Shown one piece after another: positions 36,800 through 42,814 of a DNA stretch of 42,814 nucleotides; position 1 is the first letter of the stretch, and every line of letters starts with the position of its first letter. The DNA is from Sphaeroforma arctica JP610 (taxonomy: Eukaryota). Location: contig NW_014039770.1 of the NCBI RefSeq assembly GCF_001186125.1, positions 1-42,814 on the forward strand, given 5' to 3'. Both the position numbers and the translations under genes were made by a program. The notes under the pieces are model-generated. The model worked only from the letters and a program-made list of their open reading frames with translations, was not told the origin of the DNA and made no database searches.

Positions 36800-38040
36800 A
36801 TGGTGACACACAAACGTGATAACACATCTGCGACCGGACTGACCTCTCCGGGTATGTGAACTATTTCTACGTCGAAGTCGCGTACCACGTTAAAATATCG
36901 TCACATTTGTCTGCCTCTCATATCATACACGAATGACTCCCTAGGCTTATAAAATAGTACAACTAACGGTTGGTGATCTGTGTATAAACGTATTACTTTC
37001 GTCGTTCGTCTCAGTATCCGTACATTCTTTCGTATTCCATACACCAGGGCCAACGCCTCTTTATCAGAAATGTGACAGGCCTTCTGTGCCCCATCATAAC
37101 GCGACGAGAAGCTGACTGGAAGAAAGTTACCGTCTCTCAACACAGTAAGTACCCCACCTATCCCCACAGACTCACATGCATCTGCAAACATCACGAGTTG
37201 TTCTGTAGGAAGCGGTTCGACCAACACTGCACATTGCCTCAAAAATTCCACAATTTTGTGAAATGCTGCTCGTTGTGGTTCTTCCCATGTGAAAATGCTG
37301 TCTTCTTTGAGTAGTATGGCCACAGGTTGTAGTATCCTCGCAAAATTGGGCGCGTACTCAGCCCACCAACGTACTGTATGATACCATGACTTCAGTAGGT
37401 CTTTCGATGTTGGTTCACTAAGTTCTAGCAGAGCATGTAGACGCACATCATCCATTGTTGATCCTCTGTAGTCGACCAACCTTCCAATAACCACCACCGG
37501 AGTTCTATACTGAGCAACCATATATTTTGACAGTCTTTATTGCACATTATACCGTTGACACCTCTCCATGAACAGCTTGAGACACTACCAGTGTTCCATT
37601 GGGTCGTTGTGTGCAAATAATATGTCATCTATATAGCAGACCAGATTATCCAATCCTGCAAATATATCCTCCAACACTTGCTGACACCTCCATGATGCCT
37701 CCTTTAACACGAAGGGCATCCCTACAAATGAGTCTCTTCCAAATGGTGTTTTAAAAGACAAGTATTTATGTGACTGAGGCGCCACCCTCAACTGACAGAA
37801 TGCCTGACCCATATCCATGGTCGTTATATAGTTTTTGTTCTTTAACTTCGACAAATAGCCACGTTCTGTAGGTATATGATTAGGTATAGCTCTGAATTGT
37901 GTGTTTACTCTTTTCAAATTGACACAACACCGCCAATCGTCTACCACCACAGGTGTTACCCCCGGTTCTTGTAAATCAGATGGGGAGCTGAGCACCACTC
38001 GCTCTTCGTAATCTTCTCTGTGATGCCTGCCTTCAACCAA
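36800..38040 (-). pseudogene. Gypsy reverse transcriptase and RNase H
   Basis: DWRCCVNLKRVN, TMDMGQAFCQL, SFKTPFG...MPF.LK, CYIDDILF; FTWEEPQRAAF, FADACESVGIGGVL, PVSFSSR, KEALALVYGI, LYTDHQPL, DVEIVHIPGEVSPVADVLSR. Confidence 0.92.
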
Positions 38041-38633
38041 GCTGATACCTTCATAAATAACGCCTTTCCCCGTACTTCGTCGTTATAAAAGTAGCTTCAA
38101 TATTGAGGGACAGCATCATCGTTCTCATACAACACTAAGTCTGCTACATTCAGGAATTTGAGATGCATGGCATCGTACGCAACAGCCTCAAAGACGGCTA
38201 GTAAAGTGTGTGGTTCTTCTTTTGATGATGCTCACACTCTCTCCGCCAGCTTGTATATACCTACGGTTGCAAGATCTGGGTCCATCGCCTTATCTCAGAC
38301 CTCGTATTCCTGCTCATCATCCATCCACTCAGATGTACAGTAATTTTCACTAAGCCTAGGCAAAGCATGTGTGACTCCTGATGCACTCTTCCTCATGAGT
38401 TCCTCATCTTCCTCACATACTGTAGCCGCTATTATGTATTCCATCGCCAGTATTCGAGCTGAATCCATCAGCTCTTCTTGTGGTACTATCGTCAACACTT
38501 GTTTCCTCCAAACTATATGCCAACATAACTCCTGCAGACTTTGTATCCCACCAATAAGTCACAGTTCATGGGTATACCTGTTACCACCAAGCACTTCATA
38601 TCTATCATTTTCGTGTACGTCTTCCATGATGAT

Positions 38634-38745
38634 ACTTGTACGTCTACCACCACCTCACCTATGGGTGTTAGTTTACCCATCTCCGCAATACTTGTACGTC
38701 TACCACCACCTCACCTCTGGGTGTTAGTTCACCCATCTCCGCAAT
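38634..38745. repeat. 56 bp tandem duplication in the protease region
   Basis: acttgtacgtctaccaccacctcacct...cccatctccgcaat occurs twice (38634-38689 and 38690-38745). Confidence 0.9.
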
Positions 38746-38779
38746 TCCGGTATACCTCTCCCCGGAATACGCTGATATT

Positions 38780-38850
38780 GCTATTTCATGCGTTCTACTA
38801 AAGCTGTGGTTATCAGCGTAGGAGTAGCATCCAAATCCAAGTAACTCAAT
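38780..38850 (-). pseudogene. Eroded retropepsin active-site region
   Basis: LSYLDLDATPTLITTALVERM resembles LDTGAxxSLIxxxLV and lies upstream of RT. Confidence 0.55.
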
Positions 38851-40601
38851 CGTTACTCCATTTACTACAGCTATAGCAATGCTCCCATGTCAGTGTTTGT
38901 CAGGTACCACAAACTTTGTGGCACTGGCAGCTACTGTCCCAGCTGACTTCACCAGAGCTAGTGGCAGCTCTTGCTACGCCTCCCGCTGGGTTGGCCCTCA
39001 AGGCCGCCGCCACGACCGCCTCTTCCTATTTCTTTTTCTGTGTAAAAGTCAGACTTACCAGACTGACTATCGATGTCAATAAGTTAACGTGAAGGAAGTA
39101 CGATTTCAAAGTAAATTAGCACTTTGTAATTTTAAGTTTAACTTCAGCCCTTGGTAATGAGACAAAGATTAGGGATGTAAGACTGAGACTTTTGTCTTTG
39201 TGGCTCCGCTCTAATCACTCAATATTTCGGTCTAGATTTATTCGGTGTCAGTAACTAAGATCAGATTTAATTTCATTGGATGCATGATATTTCATTCTAT
39301 ATCATTTCATGCCTCGCAACAACCTTCCAATCGCAATTACAAATAAAACAACTCTAAGTCCAACTTAAGAAAAAGAAAAAGAAATAAAAAAACACCATGA
39401 TGGTACTGTTGAATGTCTGTACCAATACCCCATCACATGGTACCTAGCTCTCAATCCCATTTTTTTTTTGCTTTCAGCAAATTGTTTTGGATCTTATAAG
39501 CGGTAGCCCACCGGTTTCATAGGCTATCTCTACTATCGCTTTATCTTACTCTTTCGAATAGCAGGCTAGCACAAAGTTGTGTAGATCAACTTCTACTTAT
39601 TTTAAGTTTTTCATGACTTGAGACGCAAAGTCTTCGTGCTTAATCATGGGCTGATATGCCAGCTCTGACAATCGGATACTCAAAGCCGGAGCGATTAAGA
39701 TGATGCCACTGGTTTCCTTTTTCGTGAGGATAGAAGGCTAAAGTTGTCCTTCTTAAAGTTTGATGCTGCAGTGGTCACCTTCTTGCTATTGAGAGCCAAT
39801 GCCTCGTCATTCATTTTCTTGGCCATTGACGAGTCTTTAGTGATATCTACTGTTGCAGCCGTACCTTCCACGGCTCCTTGGGCAATAGTTGGAGCCACCT
39901 TTAAACTTTTTAGACTCCAGTCATCGATACCTTTGATTTCAATACTTTCTCTGAACATGTTGGTCCATGCTTTAAGCAAGATTGTCTTGAATACGTTCTG
40001 TTTANNNNNNNNNNNNNNNNNNNNNNNNNNNNNNNNNNNNNNNNNNNNNNNNNNNNNNNNNNNNNNNNNNNNNNNNNNNNNNNNNNNNNNNNNNNNNNNN
40101 NNNNNNNNNNNNNNNNNNNNNNNNNNNNNNNNNNNNNNNNNNNNNNNNNNNNNNNNNNNNNNNNNNNNNNNNNNNNNNNNNNNNNNNNNNNNNNNNNNNN
40201 NCAAGCATCATTGACAATGGATTCCACCAAGTTTTTCAACTGAGACGATAGGTCGATTAGCAAGACCTTTAAAGTCTTTGATTTCAACAGCAAATAAGCT
40301 AGCGTCCCAATTCAACGAGGCTAGCTCGACTGGCACAGCAATTCTCAATTTACTAGAAAGCTCTTCATCTAAGTCTGGCAGCCTAGTGACAGTATCAGCT
40401 TTATCCTTGGCTGTTCACCCTCTATCATTGCGCAAGGCCAGTCACACAAGATTCCAATCCATAATAAACTCGTGCCTCATCGCAGAGAACTTCTGCTTCC
40501 CACGAAAACCGTGATTCATTTTTTTGCCGCATCGGAAATCGACATGATTCCCTCTAATCCTTATTAATATTTACTCAATTTCAATAAGGTCAATGTGTAG
40601 T

Positions 40602-41388
40602 TGTAGTGCGCGAAATTGAGTAATTTATGTTCTATATGGTTTAATGAAAACCACCTTGCGGCAGGAAAAACCTTGTTTATTCGCATTGTTTAATGTACAA
40701 GGTGTAGACATCTATAGTTGTTAGAATCCATACTTATACAGTATAATCAGTAACTTGTGCACAATACGCAGTCTTCACTATAATTATCTACAATATGTAT
40801 TACTGCATATTTAGCCAACCTAACATTAGTCTAAACGTCTTCCACCGTAGCTTATACTCATGTCGACATTCAATAGTCTTTCTCAAGATCATTCGTTCAG
40901 CAGAGCCTTGCTCATCACATCATTTATAAAGCAACATCCATAACTTTACTCACATGTACGTATCATCTTCTTATGGCTTCACATCTGTATACTCTGAGTT
41001 CAGGTGTGTATACTCTAATGTCTACTATACGATATACTGTTTTCCATCAATCGATCTTTTTCTGATGTCCATAACATCGATTTGTTATGTCGTGTGAACA
41101 TCACATCTGCTATCATATTTCATCATTACCGGGTTATCAGGTTACTGCACATATCATGCTGTTCTTATATCTCGTACTAACCTGGTATATGCTTGTTAAT
41201 AGTCCTCATTTTCCAAAGTGTACCTTCCTCATGTTCAATACCAACATCTCATATATATCATGCTATCACATGTGTGCTTATATGAACCTCAACATCACAT
41301 ATATTATATTCTCATGTACCTAATACCACAATATTGGAGTAAACTTCTCTTGAATGGAATGTGGCAGAGTAACGATGTACGTAATACA
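40602..41388 (-). repeat. 5' LTR (787 bp)
   Basis: tgtagtgcgcgaaattgagtaattt...gtacgtaataca; colinear with 32034-32877, with many substitutions and indels. Confidence 0.85.
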
Positions 41389-42318
41389 AGAATCTTTTAA
41401 ATCATCCATCTGACTCCTGAGGCTTTTCACCTCGTGGGGGACTTTTTGACCCTGACCTGTGTTGTAAAGAGTCATGAATATCTGAACTTTATCGAGTATA
41501 TGGCAGGAACTCAACTACAATATTTGAGTCTCGATTAGGATTGAACTATATTTAATTATTTATATAATCAGAGACTTCGTTATGGCTGTCGTCTGGCGGC
41601 ATAATGTTGCACTATACTATTCATATTTTCTTTGGGTCATAAATTGTTTTTTAAAATTTTTATCGAGTATTTGTCGGAATTTAACAGTAACATTTTGTGT
41701 ATCGATTGTGATTGGACTATAATAACAATATAAATGACATCGCTCTGGCTGTCGTGAGTGTCGTGAGTGTCGTCTGATTCCAAAAAAATACATATAAACA
41801 CGCGGTTAATCGGTATTTTTAATCTGTTTTGTTTTGTTTTTGTTTTTGTTGTTGTTGGAATCGTACATACGCTGATACGCATTATTTACACTCATACAGT
41901 TATTACAGTTTGTAAATAAAATAATAAATATGTTTTTTTCTTCAATAATTCTTTATTTGACATTGGTTTTTTCTAACATCAACCTCCCAATATTTTCATG
42001 CTTTTAGTTCTCCACCGATGCAAGCGGTGTTCTATAGCCATAATAATATTTTTTAAAGGCACAATATATGGTATATTTTATTAGTAAAATTTAAAAAATT
42101 AGTCGATTGGGCGGCCTTGACACCTGACGGTGGGCTACTGGGCTGGGCTTGACATATGATTTAAAAAAATTAAAAAATTAGTATTTTTATGTGCTCTAGA
42201 AATGTTTTTCTATAAAAAAAAGAACAAGTTGTTTTTTTTGTTTTTCAAAACAAATACATACCCGAAAGGTGATAAAAAAAGCTATAAATACATGTGTACT
42301 TATTTGAGAAATCTTAAT

Positions 42319-42442
42319 GCCATCATTGTAAGAGCCACCTGAACCGCCACCTACAGATAGAGCCACCTAAATTTATCACCATTGTAAAAGCCACCTACAT
42401 TCACCACCTACGCTTTTAGGGTTTTAGGGTCTAGAAACCCTA
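42319..42442 (+). repeat. (G/A)CCACCT repeat cluster followed by telomere-like TTTTAGGG units
   Basis: gccacct four times plus accacct, then ttttagggttttagggtctagaaacccta. Confidence 0.6.
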
Positions 42443-42814
42443 CGCCTTACCATAGTATACTGTACGTATATACGCAATAAAATTGATTTATATATATATT
42501 ATGATTTAATATTTATGCCTATAATACGTGTATATGTGTGGTTTGAGACATGCATCGTATTAACCGAAGCATAATCTTGAATGTATTTATTGTTCTCGCT
42601 CTCTTCAATTTACTATTACCACGATTATAGAGTCCTTCTGGCGAAGATGACTCTTCTCTTCTTCCTGCGTTACTTGATACCATACGCCAGAGTTAAATGC
42701 TTGGTATGTGTCGTAGATCAGCTCAATTACATAAAATCGTTAAGGGTTAATATTGTATATATACGTATGTATGTGTGTATGTATGTATGTATTTATGTAT
42801 GTATGAATATTAGA

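Larger units (their letters stand above)
32034..41388 (-). mobile_element. LTR-bounded Ty3/gypsy retrotransposon (~9.4 kb, decayed): protease - RT - RNase H - adenine methyltransferase - integrase
   Basis: Direct repeats 32034-32877 and 40602-41388 with TGTAGTGCGC...TACA ends; AGAA on both outer flanks (TSD); PPT GGAGGGGGCG on the minus strand abutting the left LTR; pol in PR-RT-RH-IN order on the minus strand. Nesting of two elements is not excluded. Confidence 0.75.

Noticed and set aside
1..42814. CRISPR arrays, tRNA/rRNA genes, prokaryotic operons
   Set aside because: No repeat-spacer arrays or recognisable structural RNA genes seen; the genes have spliceosomal introns.

Overview
Eukaryotic genomic DNA with spliceosomal GT-AG introns, (TA)n/(TG)n microsatellites and several N gaps. 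The proteins look opisthokont, probably a unicellular relative of animals (inference). The left ~18 kb holds four intact intron-containing genes whose exons splice in frame: NatB catalytic subunit NAA20 (+), a LYAR-type zinc-finger nucleolar protein (-), NADPH-cytochrome P450 reductase (+) and a nitronate monooxygenase-family flavoprotein (+). The right ~24 kb is decayed retroelements: a non-LTR RT remnant, several Ty1/copia fragments, a LINE ORF1-like remnant, telomere-like T3-5AGGG tracts, and a ~9.4 kb LTR-bounded Ty3/gypsy element with a PPT and a 4-bp TSD. The main finding is that the copia pol (28.7-29.1 kb) and the gypsy pol (36.3-36.7 kb) each carry a related Dam-like DNA N6-adenine methyltransferase domain next to integrase, a domain classically described from DIRS elements. 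In the gypsy element it is preceded by the ubiquitin C-terminal motif LRLRGG, a possible host-deubiquitinase cleavage site. All four host genes carry large ApT-dense arrays in their first coding intron. All calls come from manual motif reading; no database search was run.
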